A stretch of DNA of 64,000 bases. Source: Candidatus Pelearchaeum maunauluense. GTDB lineage: Archaea; Thermoproteota; Nitrososphaeria_A; Caldarchaeales; Caldarchaeaceae. The notes below the pieces were generated by a model, which did not search any database, was not told the origin of the DNA, and worked only from the letters and a program-made list of their open reading frames with translations. Shown here piece by piece: positions 29,722-39,407 of the stretch. Numbering within the stretch: position 1 is the stretch's first letter; every line of letters starts with the position of its first letter. The DNA lies in NCBI GenBank assembly GCA_030059675.1, contig JANVYQ010000001.1, forward strand, positions 32,001 through 96,000, given 5' to 3'. Both the position numbers and the translations under genes were made by a program.

Positions 29722-30621
29722 ATGGTCTGGAGAGTAGGAGTCATAGGTGCTGGAACAATCGGCAGAGAGCTTGGGAGGACTTTCCACACAGTAGGCTACG
29801 ACGTAACGTTCTACGACGTCAGCGAGGAAGTGAGCAACAAGCTTCAGAACAACGGCTTCAACGTGGCGCGAAGCCTAGACGAGCTCGTAGCAAGGACAGA
29901 CATCTCATTCATCTGCGTACCCACACCAACAAACGGAGGGAGATTTGACCAACGCCACGTGGAGGAAGCACTAGGTAGCATGATAGAAGTCTTCCGCCGA
30001 AACCCAACAGAACACTACCACGTAACAGTCGTCAAGAGCACAGTCCTCCCAGGCGTCGTTGATGAAATACTCAGGAGAAACCACTACTGGGAAGTGAGCA
30101 ACAAGCTTGGGATATGCATAAGCACTGAATTCGTACGCGGCAAGATAGCGTTCATAGACTTTTTCAGGCTCCCCTTCTTCGTCGTCTCAGGATACGACCC
30201 AGAAGCGGCATCAACCCTCCGCCGCTTCTATGAGGATTTCAAGGGCAGAAGCTTCGCCAACTTTGAGATATTTGAAACCACGCCAAACACAGCCTGCTTG
30301 GCGAAGTATGTCTCCAACTGCTTACTGAGCTGTAAGATTTCCTTCTTCAACGAGGTTGCCAAGCTATGCGAGGTCTTGGGAGTAAGCCCCTACGACATAG
30401 TAAAGCTGGCGCTGAGCGACAGGTATCCGATACATCACTGGTATTTGGAGGACTTTCTCAAAGGCGGATTCACGGATGAGTGCCTCCCAAAGGATTTGGA
30501 CGCTCTCCTATCGTTTGCGCGGGAGCTGGGGCTGGAGCTAAGTCTGCTGGAGAACGTGAAACGCATAAACGACTATAAAGTAGCCGCGACATGCCAGGAA
30601 GATGTTGAGGAAGCTGTATAA
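29722..30621 (+). CDS. UDP-glucose/GDP-mannose dehydrogenase family protein (short form)
   Basis: GVIGAGTIG, FICVPTP, VVKSTVLPG, KYVSN..KISFFNE, CLPKD. Confidence 0.8.
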   Translation: MVWRVGVIGAGTIGRELGRTFHTVGYDVTFYDVSEEVSNKLQNNGFNVARSLDELVARTDISFICVPTPTNGGRFDQRHVEEALGSMIEVFRRNPTEHYHVTVVKSTVLPGVVDEILRRNHYWEVSNKLGICISTEFVRGKIAFIDFFRLPFFVVSGYDPEAASTLRRFYEDFKGRSFANFEIFETTPNTACLAKYVSNCLLSCKISFFNEVAKLCEVLGVSPYDIVKLALSDRYPIHHWYLEDFLKGGFTDECLPKDLDALLSFARELGLELSLLENVKRINDYKVAATCQEDVEEAV

Positions 30622-30668
30622 AGAGCCAAACAAAATAAATATATTTATTATTTTACATTAATTCAAGC

Positions 30669-31235
30669 TTACCTACTAGCTAGAGCCACACGCTCCTGCT
30701 CCATCTTCTTCCTAACAGCAAAGCTCTTCGCATCATTCTCAGCAGCGAGGACTATCTCATCAGCGAGGCATTCATCGACAGTTTTCCTATTTCTGAATGA
30801 AGCCTCCCTAGCTGACAGCGCTATGTAGCGCAGCGCCAAATCAACCCTCCGCTGTGGGCTTATGTCAACGGCCTTGAAATACACTATACCACCATAGCTT
30901 AGGCGCGTAACATCCTCGCGGGGTGCTGCATTCTCAATAGCCCTAACTAGAACCTCAACAGGGTTCTTGCCAGTCCTCAGATGGACTATCTCAAGAGCGT
31001 TCTTAACTATCTTGAGAGCCTTGGTCTTCTTCCCACCGTTCTTTCCTGGCCGCATGAACATATTCGCAAGCCGCTCAACTATGTTTACCTCTGACTTCCC
31101 GAACCTGCGGTGCTCGTGCCTACCCCCTGAGTGGGGTATGAGCATGGGCTTCAAGCTGATGTAACGCTTAAGCCCCTCATCACGCACCTCTATATCCTCA
31201 ACACTCCACTTGCCGAATAGCTTGAAGTCCACCAT
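30669..31235 (-). CDS. rps7: 30S ribosomal protein S7
   Basis: [32 protein letters not shown]. Confidence 0.97.
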   Translation of the reverse strand: MVDFKLFGKWSVEDIEVRDEGLKRYISLKPMLIPHSGGRHEHRRFGKSEVNIVERLANMFMRPGKNGGKKTKALKIVKNALEIVHLRTGKNPVEVLVRAIENAAPREDVTRLSYGGIVYFKAVDISPQRRVDLALRYIALSAREASFRNRKTVDECLADEIVLAAENDAKSFAVRKKMEQERVALASR

Positions 31236-31477
31236 GATTCTCCTCTAGCATCCACAGGCTGGAACAGCGACATAATAACCTTAGCTCACTCCCTTCACCA
31301 CATCAACTTCAATCTAACCCACCGAATCTTATGCCGAATCCGGCGAATGTCAATAATTTTTTGTTGAAAAGCGTAAATTATAAGTATAGGAGTATAGTTT
31401 AGCCGCTTGCCGATATAAGTAGTGAAGTAGGCAAGGAAAAGGAGTCTGACTATTTTGGTGATTTTGCCGTCGTAAGC

Positions 31478-32794
31478 GTGCCTTTACACGAGCGGCGAAC
31501 CCTAGTAAACCAGCTTATGGTATTCTTGGGAGTGCTTGCAGTTTGGGCTGCTGTATTTGCCGGCGCAGGCTTAGCTACATGGTTCGGCGCAATCGACATA
31601 ATAGTCGTATCAGTTATAGGCTGCATAATACTCGGCGTATTAGCATTCCTCACAGGGCTTATAGGAGGTAGAACACATGCATCAACCTACGTAATTCTAA
31701 GACACGCTATGGGGAGATTTGGCTCAATAGCAGGAGGCATAATAATCTCAGGCATCAGTGCGACACTATGGTTTGCTTTTGAAACATGGCTCTTCGGCGT
31801 CATAATGTCAGGAGCGTTTCCAGGCTTCCCGCTAACCGAGGTCGGGATAGCGGCAATATGGGGAGGAATACTGATGATGATTACTGCGGCCATAGGATAT
31901 AGAGGCATATCCGTACTGAGCTACTTCATCGTCCCAGCATGGTTCGTAATAATAACACTTGGACTAGCCGCAGCGATAGATGTTAACGGCGGTATGGACG
32001 CGCTGCTTGTAGCCAAGCCGCCTTCGCCAGCAGATATCGGAACTGGAATAACATTTGTGGTTAGCTTATACATAGTCGGCGCAACAATAGCACCCGACGT
32101 TACTCGCTTCTCACGTAAGCCAACAGACGGCCCTATAGCATGGTTTATTCACGTAGTATTCTTCATGCCTCTCATATTAGCTGCAGGCGGATTCCTACAA
32201 CTACTCGCGCCAGGTCAGAACCTAGTGGGGGTCATGGTATCTCTGGGCATGATATGGGCAGTCCTTCTTACAGGAGTTCTGGGCCAGTGGACAACCAACG
32301 ACAACAACCTATACTCGGCATCACTGGCCTGGTGCAATTCCATTCCAAAGATTAAGAGAGTCTACTGGGTCCTCATCATGGGAATAGCTGGAACGATAGT
32401 CGCAGCACTCATAGGTTTCGGCTTTGGCATAAGCCTAGATGCCCTACTAGCATTCGGCCTATTCCTAGGAACATTCATCCCACCATTCACGGCCGTAATG
32501 ATATCAGACTACTATGTTGTGAGACCTTACATACTGAAGGAGAAGGACCCTATGACCAGATATAGATTCGGACCAGGAACCGAGTATTATGCGCTAAGCT
32601 GGCCCGATGCTATTGCCGTTATAGTGGGCAGCGCTTTGGCGTGGTATGTACCTCAGGTTAATCCAGCTATACCAGCTTTTGGTGTTGGTTTCTTGACTTC
32701 GTTAATACTCCACATAGCGCTGATGGCTGTATGCGCAGTCGCCAAAATAAAGTGGGGAGTGGGCAAGTGGATTGAAACACCAACGGGGTGGTAA
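31478..32794 (+). CDS. Cytosine/purine permease (NCS1, CodB-like)
   Basis: About 12 TM; QWTTNDNNLYSASL; APDVTRFS; true start probably upstream. Confidence 0.85.
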   Translation: MPLHERRTLVNQLMVFLGVLAVWAAVFAGAGLATWFGAIDIIVVSVIGCIILGVLAFLTGLIGGRTHASTYVILRHAMGRFGSIAGGIIISGISATLWFAFETWLFGVIMSGAFPGFPLTEVGIAAIWGGILMMITAAIGYRGISVLSYFIVPAWFVIITLGLAAAIDVNGGMDALLVAKPPSPADIGTGITFVVSLYIVGATIAPDVTRFSRKPTDGPIAWFIHVVFFMPLILAAGGFLQLLAPGQNLVGVMVSLGMIWAVLLTGVLGQWTTNDNNLYSASLAWCNSIPKIKRVYWVLIMGIAGTIVAALIGFGFGISLDALLAFGLFLGTFIPPFTAVMISDYYVVRPYILKEKDPMTRYRFGPGTEYYALSWPDAIAVIVGSALAWYVPQVNPAIPAFGVGFLTSLILHIALMAVCAVAKIKWGVGKWIETPTGW

Positions 32795-32797
32795 TGG

Positions 32798-33196
32798 ATG
32801 GAGGAGCAGATACCTCTACTATTAAGGAATGTGCGCATAACCCTCATAGCAGCCATAATACTAGCCATAATAGCGGCTACCGCATCAGCCACATCTGACA
32901 AGGCCTTGATGGGCTTCACGATAAACACTATGCCGATTATTTTGTTCTCCCTCATTACCTTCGCGCGACTCTCCCCCAAGAAGGATGTCAAGTCCCTCGG
33001 CGAAGCAGCTATACAGGGATTATGGATAACTACATCGCTTGGGCTGGTTTACCTGACACTAGCGCCAGCCGCGTATTTCGCCCTCCCACAAACTAGCGTA
33101 GCAGTCATAATGCTCGCAGGTGCAATAACCACAATCACAGGAGCGGTAACACTTTACCGTATCTCAAAGACCACAGGAGTTGGACTCTCCGCATAA
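32798..33196 (+). CDS. Small membrane protein
   Basis: 4 hydrophobic helices; directly follows the permease. Confidence 0.65.
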   Translation: MEEQIPLLLRNVRITLIAAIILAIIAATASATSDKALMGFTINTMPIILFSLITFARLSPKKDVKSLGEAAIQGLWITTSLGLVYLTLAPAAYFALPQTSVAVIMLAGAITTITGAVTLYRISKTTGVGLSA

Positions 33197-33267
33197 AACC
33201 CAACAATTTGTTCTCTTCATAACATACAACTCAACCATATTCGCGGCTATTCCACGTTGTTTCAGCA

Positions 33268-33702
33268 TCATTGAACTATTATGTGGTCTATGTCGAAGTG
33301 TCGTTTGGCTAGGTATCTGGCTAGGTCTATTGTCCTGCCGTCTCTTCCTATTGCTATCCCCTTGTCGCGTGGATTTACGTTTACGACTATTATCTTTCTG
33401 CCGTCGGCCCTCTCGGTCAGCCTCACTGGCTCTATTATCTCTGCTGGATGTAGCGCGTTCTTGACGAAGCTTGTCGGGTCGTTGGCGAACTCTATAACCT
33501 TGATGCGCTTCTTGAGGAGGCGGGCTATCTCCTTTACGCGCTGCCCCTTTTTGGCCAGAGCCTTCCCTATATCCCCCTGCCTCACCAAGAAGACCAGCAA
33601 GTCGCCATCTTCCACGCAGTCAATAACAGAAGCACCCGTAGCCGCTTCAAAAAGCTGGATATAGCGCATCTCGCGTTCTGTGAGCTTTATGCCCTCACTC
33701 AA
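33268..33702 (-). CDS. nusA: Archaeal NusA (KH-domain transcription factor)
   Basis: IKLTEREMRYIQLFE, DKGIAIGRDG; TTG start overlaps the rpl30e stop. Confidence 0.93.
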   Translation of the reverse strand: MSEGIKLTEREMRYIQLFEAATGASVIDCVEDGDLLVFLVRQGDIGKALAKKGQRVKEIARLLKKRIKVIEFANDPTSFVKNALHPAEIIEPVRLTERADGRKIIVVNVNPRDKGIAIGRDGRTIDLARYLAKRHFDIDHIIVQ

Positions 33703-34006
33703 CCTCAGACTCACCGACGGCCTCCATTATGCTGGAGCTTCCTGGGTCTAGTACCGCGATGCAGGCTGTGCTGAAGGGCTTTCTCAGCGCCAGTCCCAAA
33801 TCCTCTGCTGAGAGCTCGGTCTTGAGAAGGGGAACGCCAGACACGTTAGAGACCACCTCAGCCTCCACCTTGATAGTCTCTGGGCAGTTGCGCGCGAGTA
33901 TCAGCAGCCGTGCACGCTTGTTGAGCGCAGCTATCTTACTCTGCCTAAAGCCCACAACGTACTTGCCTGTCCTGTTGATGACCTCCAACTCCTGACTAAT
34001 GTCCAT
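33695..34006 (-). CDS. rpl30e: 50S ribosomal protein L30e
   Basis: TGKYVVGFRQS, ARNCP, LGLALRKPF...AVLDPGSSSI. Confidence 0.93.
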   Translation of the reverse strand: MDISQELEVINRTGKYVVGFRQSKIAALNKRARLLILARNCPETIKVEAEVVSNVSGVPLLKTELSAEDLGLALRKPFSTACIAVLDPGSSSIMEAVGESEVE

Positions 34007-34097
34007 CCTACCGACACCCTTTAGCCATGCTAGAGAAATCCCAGATTCGCTACGTATGACTGGAATATAAAGTCTCAAAGCCGCCTGCTTATACTGG

Positions 34098-34592
34098 CTA
34101 TTTTATGTATGACACACAATCACTATCAAAGTCTTTTACTATTATAGCTTCCCTCTCCGTTGGTATTGGCTGTATAGCCTTTAGCTCTGGGTAGAGCTCG
34201 AAGAGGGATGTGCTGGCCATCTTTGATGCTATGTGCTCTTCGCCCAGCTCTAGCTGGACTAGATGCTTGACCTGCTGTCTTGTCTGCTGCTCGTCTAGGC
34301 CGAATGTATGTAGGTATTCGTGGAGGAGGACTACGAAGACGTAGCTGTTTAGCTCTATACGCTCGCGCACTAGGCTTGCGAGAGCGTTTAGGATTAGCTT
34401 GTTGAGGACTATGGCGTTTGAGCCTACCGCTGTATATGCCGCTACGTGTGGTGGGAGGTCGGCCAGTATTAGCCCTAGCCCCGCGCGGTGGAGACCTAGG
34501 CGCCGTTCTACAACACGCTTAACCAGTTTAAAGACCTCGTCAAATGTTCCAACTTCTCTGAGCTGTCTGTCAAGGTTCTTGCCCTCTTTCAA
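34098..34592 (-). CDS. Hypothetical protein with HExxH motif
   Basis: VLLHEYLHTFG zincin-like motif. Confidence 0.7.
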   Translation of the reverse strand: MKEGKNLDRQLREVGTFDEVFKLVKRVVERRLGLHRAGLGLILADLPPHVAAYTAVGSNAIVLNKLILNALASLVRERIELNSYVFVVLLHEYLHTFGLDEQQTRQQVKHLVQLELGEEHIASKMASTSLFELYPELKAIQPIPTEREAIIVKDFDSDCVSYIK

Positions 34593-34662
34593 CCTACTTA
34601 CCTCTCGTAATCTACTTTACATATTCAACTATTTATATCCGTAAGCATTACTCGGGAACTAA

Positions 34663-35010
34663 ATGACACTAATCAACCTAGATGACGAGCAGAAACGCGA
34701 TGACGGCGAGGTATGCCCCATAGTTGAGTCTATCCGCATAGTGGGAAGCGCGTGGAAGTTGATAATCATACGCTACCTGCTTGACGGGCCGAAGGGCTTT
34801 AACGAGCTATTGCGCGCTGTTCATGGACTTAATTCTAAGACACTCTCACGCACCCTTAAGCAGCTACAGCAGGAGGGGCTAGTTGAGCGTCATGTGGTAG
34901 CTCTCCAGCCATTCAGCGTAGAGTATAGGCTTACCGAGAAGGGGCAGGCTCTCCAGCCAGTTATTCAAGCTCTACGTAAATGGGGTGAGGAGTGTGCTCT
35001 ACGCAAATAG
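34663..35010 (+). CDS. HxlR-family transcriptional regulator
   Basis: CPI...WKLIIIRYL..GFNEL..LSRTLKQL..VEYRLTEKG. Confidence 0.9.
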   Translation: MTLINLDDEQKRDDGEVCPIVESIRIVGSAWKLIIIRYLLDGPKGFNELLRAVHGLNSKTLSRTLKQLQQEGLVERHVVALQPFSVEYRLTEKGQALQPVIQALRKWGEECALRK

Positions 35011-35016
35011 GAGCGC

Positions 35017-36030
35017 CTACCCCCCTATCGTGTGCATCGGCCTTATATGCGGCGCCAGCTTCTTGCTGCTCAGAAGAGCCTCCACACCGGGGGATTTCAT
35101 GTAGAAGACACGCCTTATGAACAGCTCTAGCTCCTCATCCGACGCGCCGCTCCTAATCAACTGCTTTATGTCATATTCGTCGTTGCTGAAGAGGCATGGG
35201 ACTATCTTCCCATCCGCCTTCAGCCTTATCCTATCACAGTCCCCGCAGAAGGGTTCTGTCATTGATGTTACGATGTTTATCTCCCCTGGCGCGCCGTCTG
35301 AGAATCTATACACCTTAGCTGTGCTTCCCGCCTCGCGCGGTAGAGGCTTAAGCCCATAGACCGAGCTTATCCGCTCAACTATCTCACGCCCACTAACCAC
35401 ACGCTTAGTATCCCAGAGCCTTTGGCCATCAAACGGCATATACTCAATAAACCTAACAACAGTACCAGTCTCCCTGGCAAGCTCGGCGAAATCCAGAATC
35501 TCATCATCATTACAGCCACGTGTTACTACGCAGTTTATCTTGACTGGCCTTAGCCCAACACTGAGCGCCGCCCTTATCCCATCAACCACGCGGCCGAAAG
35601 CCCCCTTTCGCCCAACTATCACCTCGTATCTCTCTGACTTTAAGCTATGGAGGCTCACCGTAACGCTTTGAAGCCCAGCCTCTTTGAGCTTCCCAGCCTT
35701 CTCAGCCAGAAGGAAGCCGTTAGTCGTCATGGAGAGGCTCTCGACTCCGCGCGTTGAGGCTATCATTGCTACGAGCTTCTCTACATCATTACGCACCAGC
35801 GGCTCTCCCCCAGTTAAGCGTACCTTACTAACCCCCATAGATGCGAGAATACCAACAATACGAGTTATCTCCTCATAGGTTAGAAGCTCATCATGCGGAA
35901 TCCACACAGGGTTATTAGGCATGCAGAAGCTACACCTAAAATTACACCTATCGGTTACAGAGATTCTAAGCTTATGCGCGACTCTGCCGAATCCATCAAC
36001 TAGGGGAGGGCGGCTGGCGTGGCTACTCAT
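35017..36030 (-). CDS. moaA: GTP 3',8-cyclase MoaA
   Basis: LRISVTDRCNFRCSFCMP, FCGDCDRIRL..PCLF, C-terminal IGG. Confidence 0.95.
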   Translation of the reverse strand: MSSHASRPPLVDGFGRVAHKLRISVTDRCNFRCSFCMPNNPVWIPHDELLTYEEITRIVGILASMGVSKVRLTGGEPLVRNDVEKLVAMIASTRGVESLSMTTNGFLLAEKAGKLKEAGLQSVTVSLHSLKSERYEVIVGRKGAFGRVVDGIRAALSVGLRPVKINCVVTRGCNDDEILDFAELARETGTVVRFIEYMPFDGQRLWDTKRVVSGREIVERISSVYGLKPLPREAGSTAKVYRFSDGAPGEINIVTSMTEPFCGDCDRIRLKADGKIVPCLFSNDEYDIKQLIRSGASDEELELFIRRVFYMKSPGVEALLSSKKLAPHIRPMHTIGG

Positions 36031-36546
36031 CCACATATACATAGCAGGGAGTAGTTTAAAAGCATATTTGCGAAAATTTATGGTGTTTCCGTTAAGAATT
36101 TGTTGTGTGTGGCTGTTCTGGCGGACTGATGGGTTTGCTGGAGTCTGTTATTGATGATTGGGGTTTCCCCCTGTTGTTGGCGGCTTGCGTATGCTGTTTT
36201 TGTGGGATGGTTAGTTTGCTGAGAGCCCTCCGACGAGTATTGTTGTGCTGGTTTAATGTCCTTGCCGCGTATCGGGAGCGTCTTGAAGGCTGGTATCGTG
36301 TCGTGTTGGTCAGGCCTGCTATCCTGTCGCGGAGCGCCTGCATGTGATAAGGGGCTTATCGGCTTGCTGGACTCGACATCAAGCCTAGCCCCATGCAGCT
36401 TGGCTACTATCGCCGGGCATTAAGAGCACTGGGGGATGCTGTTGTATTCCTGCTCTTGCAGGCGCTGTAAGATATAGCGCATGGGAGCTCCAGCCATAAG
36501 CTAATAAATGTCTTGGTGTTCAGGCCCCCCTCCACCTGACGTCTCA

Positions 36547-36569
36547 GAAATCCAAAAAGGAATTGAAAG
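36547..36569 (+). repeat. Solitary CRISPR repeat-like sequence
   Basis: GAAATCCAAAAAGGAATTGAAAG; shares CAAAAAG and 3' GAATTGAAAG with the repeat at 6668-6691; no partner repeat seen. Confidence 0.55.
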
Positions 36570-36634
36570 GCTGTCTATCGCTACTAGGTGCTGGCGCTGG
36601 TACTATGCTACTATTTTTGTGGGTGTGGTTACTG

Positions 36635-37069
36635 TTATTGTTGAGTTGCTATGCCTTCTGGATAGGCTATCTCGATTTCAAGCTCGCTTTTTATCGTATG
36701 GCTTCGCTGGATTATCTGCTGGTCTAGGGTTGCTAGCTTCGTGGCTTTCATGACTAGGCACGCGGCTATGTGCAGTAGGTCTAGCGTTCTGAGCCTTAGG
36801 AGGGGCGCCAGCTTGTAGGCTTGCTTGAGCGTGTCGCTGAAGTCTATCTCGACCAGCCTCGCCCCTGCCAGCTCTATGGAGTACAGCGCCAGCTCCAGGG
36901 GCTTCTCAAGCCCGGCCCTCGCGTAGACTGAGGCCAGCTCCACAAGGACTAGCCTGCTGGCCGCTTTCTCGGCTCCGCCTAGCCTTTCCACGAGTCTCTT
37001 GGCAGCATCATGGTTCGGGTCCTTCTCATCTGCATAGGAGATAACTAGGCTCGTGTCGAGGTATATCAC
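36635..37069 (-). CDS. vapC: PIN-domain toxin VapC
   Basis: IYLDTS, LVELASV, LRTLDLLHIA, LATLD. Confidence 0.9.
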   Translation of the reverse strand: MIYLDTSLVISYADEKDPNHDAAKRLVERLGGAEKAASRLVLVELASVYARAGLEKPLELALYSIELAGARLVEIDFSDTLKQAYKLAPLLRLRTLDLLHIAACLVMKATKLATLDQQIIQRSHTIKSELEIEIAYPEGIATQQ

Positions 37070-37320
37070 CTGCTTCCCCTCTCCTCGTCTAAGAGCGGTC
37101 TCAGCCCGCCGTGGCTTATCCTATGGCCTGCCTTTCGGAGTTCCTCCACCCCTCTCCTCACCCGCTCCCAGAACTCGACCTCCCTTGCGACATGCTCTAG
37201 GCCATGCTGTATCATCAGGTTAACTGCGTGCGACCTGCTCCTAGCTAGGCCTAACTCGACCATCCTATCCGCCAGCTCCACGACCTCCCTCCTAAGCTTA
37301 ACCGACACAGGTATGCTCAA
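37066..37320 (-). CDS. Ribbon-helix-helix antitoxin (VapB-like)
   Basis: PVSVKLRREVVELADRMVELGLARSRSHAVN; 4-nt overlap with vapC. Confidence 0.8.
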   Translation of the reverse strand: MSIPVSVKLRREVVELADRMVELGLARSRSHAVNLMIQHGLEHVAREVEFWERVRRGVEELRKAGHRISHGGLRPLLDEERGSR

Positions 37321-37496
37321 GAATACCTAGAAATACCATGGAACACCAACTAATAAACCTATCCCCTGATTTCCATCAAACTTTATTGCGGTGCTGTTGG
37401 TGGATTGTCGTCTCTAGCTGGTTATTGCTGCTAGAGTATGTGTTCCTGCACCCTCCCTCAGACCACGATGGGTGATGCTGTGTGTAGCTGTATATC

Positions 37497-39275
37497 CTAT
37501 TCGAAGTCCATTACGTTGTATATCTCGCGGGGCATGTCTGGGCATCTCTTATCCATCCAGTATTTGCTCTGCTCGACCTGGGACTTTAGGAGCGCCTTAA
37601 ACTCTTCCATGGAGAGGTGTGTGGTTGGCTCAAGCTCTTTCAAGCGTTCCTGGCTTATTCCTGGGACTCCCGCCGGGATTAGGACTTTCTCGCCCCATAT
37701 TGGGTGGGGCTTCCACTTGACCGCGCCGCGTGTTGCTTGTAGGAGGAAGAGCTCGGTCTCCTCAATCGTAGGCCTAGTACCGCCCACCACCTTAAGTGAG
37801 CCATTAACCTCAACCAGCTCTGGCGTGGGAGACATTATCACCCTATCGCCCAGCTTAACCTCGCTCCACCTATACTTGGCCACTATCCTACCCGTGGTGT
37901 TTAGCTGGAAGACATCAATCGGGTCTCCCCTCTCATACCTCTTCCTCAGCAACTCATAAAACCTCACCACATGCGCCGTGTCCAAGACGCCCATGGTGAA
38001 CTCAGAGTACCGTGGGACGAATCGTACTTTTCCTATAAGCTCGCGCTCCTGCGCCAGGTGGCCGACGGTTCTCCCATCAGCCAAAACCTTCGCAGCGAAC
38101 GCGGGGTCTGCGAGCTTCACCCACGCGTAGTCGGTGAAGTAGCCAGGAGTTAGGAAGACAGCAGTGTTAAGCGGTGCTGTTGAGTCTATTTCACCGTCAA
38201 AGTATCCAGTGTCGTCTAGGTAGATTACTGAACGCGCGTTTTTGTTTTTGAGGCCGAAGTATTGGAAGAGTTCTCCCGCGAAGCTTGGGTTCCCATTCAT
38301 GTCAAATTCTGTGTTTTCATGCAGGGCGCGTGGGCTTATCGCCGCATTCCACATGGCTTCCTGTTCTGGTGTGAGGTCTTCAGTCTTCGTCCACGAGCCG
38401 CGCTCAGAGCCGTAGACCCGCTCCTCTCCAACAGCTATTATATCATCATTCCTTATGCGCTGCTCCTTCACGTAGTCAAGCGGGTTTATGCCAAACTCGC
38501 GGACATACTTCTCCACGCTGCTGGGGGTCCAGACATACATCCCATGCGTGGATTTTCCAGAGCCGGTGAGCCCCCAGATAGCCATGACGACGGTCTTCCA
38601 GTTGTTATCAACAGTTTTCACGCGGAACTCGCGGAGCGCTGCATGTTCGCCAGTGTAGCCGCGTTTGTATACGTGGTATATCCAGTGGGTTAGTGCTGCC
38701 TTCTTCACCTCTCCCTGGTATGATGAGGCTGTTATGATTGTGAAGTTATGGAATGGGAAGCGCATGACCATCAATAGCCTGTTAGTGTTTGGGATTATTG
38801 GATTACCTAGGTAGTGGGGTATCGCTATTATCTCTACGTCGGGCTCACCGTCAGGAGGCGCTGGGAAGACGAGCTGCCACCACCTATACGCTATATCTGG
38901 AAACTGCGGGTCTACATAGACGCGGGTATGCATCTGGACTGGGCCGCCTGGCTTGCCTACGTAGCCGTCAACCTTTATGAGCGGCCCCTGAGCCAAGACA
39001 TGCTCCAAAACCCTTAGCATGAGTATCTTATGCTCTCTGGTGAGCTGTGAGTTGTCCTCAATTATTACAGTGCTCGCGGCTGAGCGGCTCCATATATTAG
39101 ACGCCCAGCCCAGTGAGCCGTTCTTGTACTGTGTTGCGTATAGCTTGGCTCTGTCCAGCAGGTCTTTAGGGTTGTCCCATACCGCGCGGAGGCCAGCTTT
39201 CTCCTTTAGTTTGAGAATCCTATAGAATGTCTCCTTAAACCCCTCTATACTCATCTCATCAATATTTGGAATCAA
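37497..39275 (-). CDS. pckA: Phosphoenolpyruvate carboxykinase (ATP), archaeal type
   Basis: YQGEVKKA, GEHA, WGLTGSGKST P-loop, NDD, KTEDL. Confidence 0.85.
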   Translation of the reverse strand: MIPNIDEMSIEGFKETFYRILKLKEKAGLRAVWDNPKDLLDRAKLYATQYKNGSLGWASNIWSRSAASTVIIEDNSQLTREHKILMLRVLEHVLAQGPLIKVDGYVGKPGGPVQMHTRVYVDPQFPDIAYRWWQLVFPAPPDGEPDVEIIAIPHYLGNPIIPNTNRLLMVMRFPFHNFTIITASSYQGEVKKAALTHWIYHVYKRGYTGEHAALREFRVKTVDNNWKTVVMAIWGLTGSGKSTHGMYVWTPSSVEKYVREFGINPLDYVKEQRIRNDDIIAVGEERVYGSERGSWTKTEDLTPEQEAMWNAAISPRALHENTEFDMNGNPSFAGELFQYFGLKNKNARSVIYLDDTGYFDGEIDSTAPLNTAVFLTPGYFTDYAWVKLADPAFAAKVLADGRTVGHLAQERELIGKVRFVPRYSEFTMGVLDTAHVVRFYELLRKRYERGDPIDVFQLNTTGRIVAKYRWSEVKLGDRVIMSPTPELVEVNGSLKVVGGTRPTIEETELFLLQATRGAVKWKPHPIWGEKVLIPAGVPGISQERLKELEPTTHLSMEEFKALLKSQVEQSKYWMDKRCPDMPREIYNVMDFE

Positions 39276-39407
39276 TTTCTTAACCTCCCCGCTGGCGGCG
39301 TTGAGCCTGGTGTATTTTTAGACAAACACTCTCGGTAAGCGAAGGTTTTAACTATTGCTATTTCTCGCTATTGCTTCCTCACCAACATATCTAAAGGATA
39401 GTTAGTG

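Noticed and set aside
36092-36490. Short ORFs and an ILVGGLSAN (S-layer-like) peptide on the minus strand
   Set aside because: Too degraded to assign; no continuous frame
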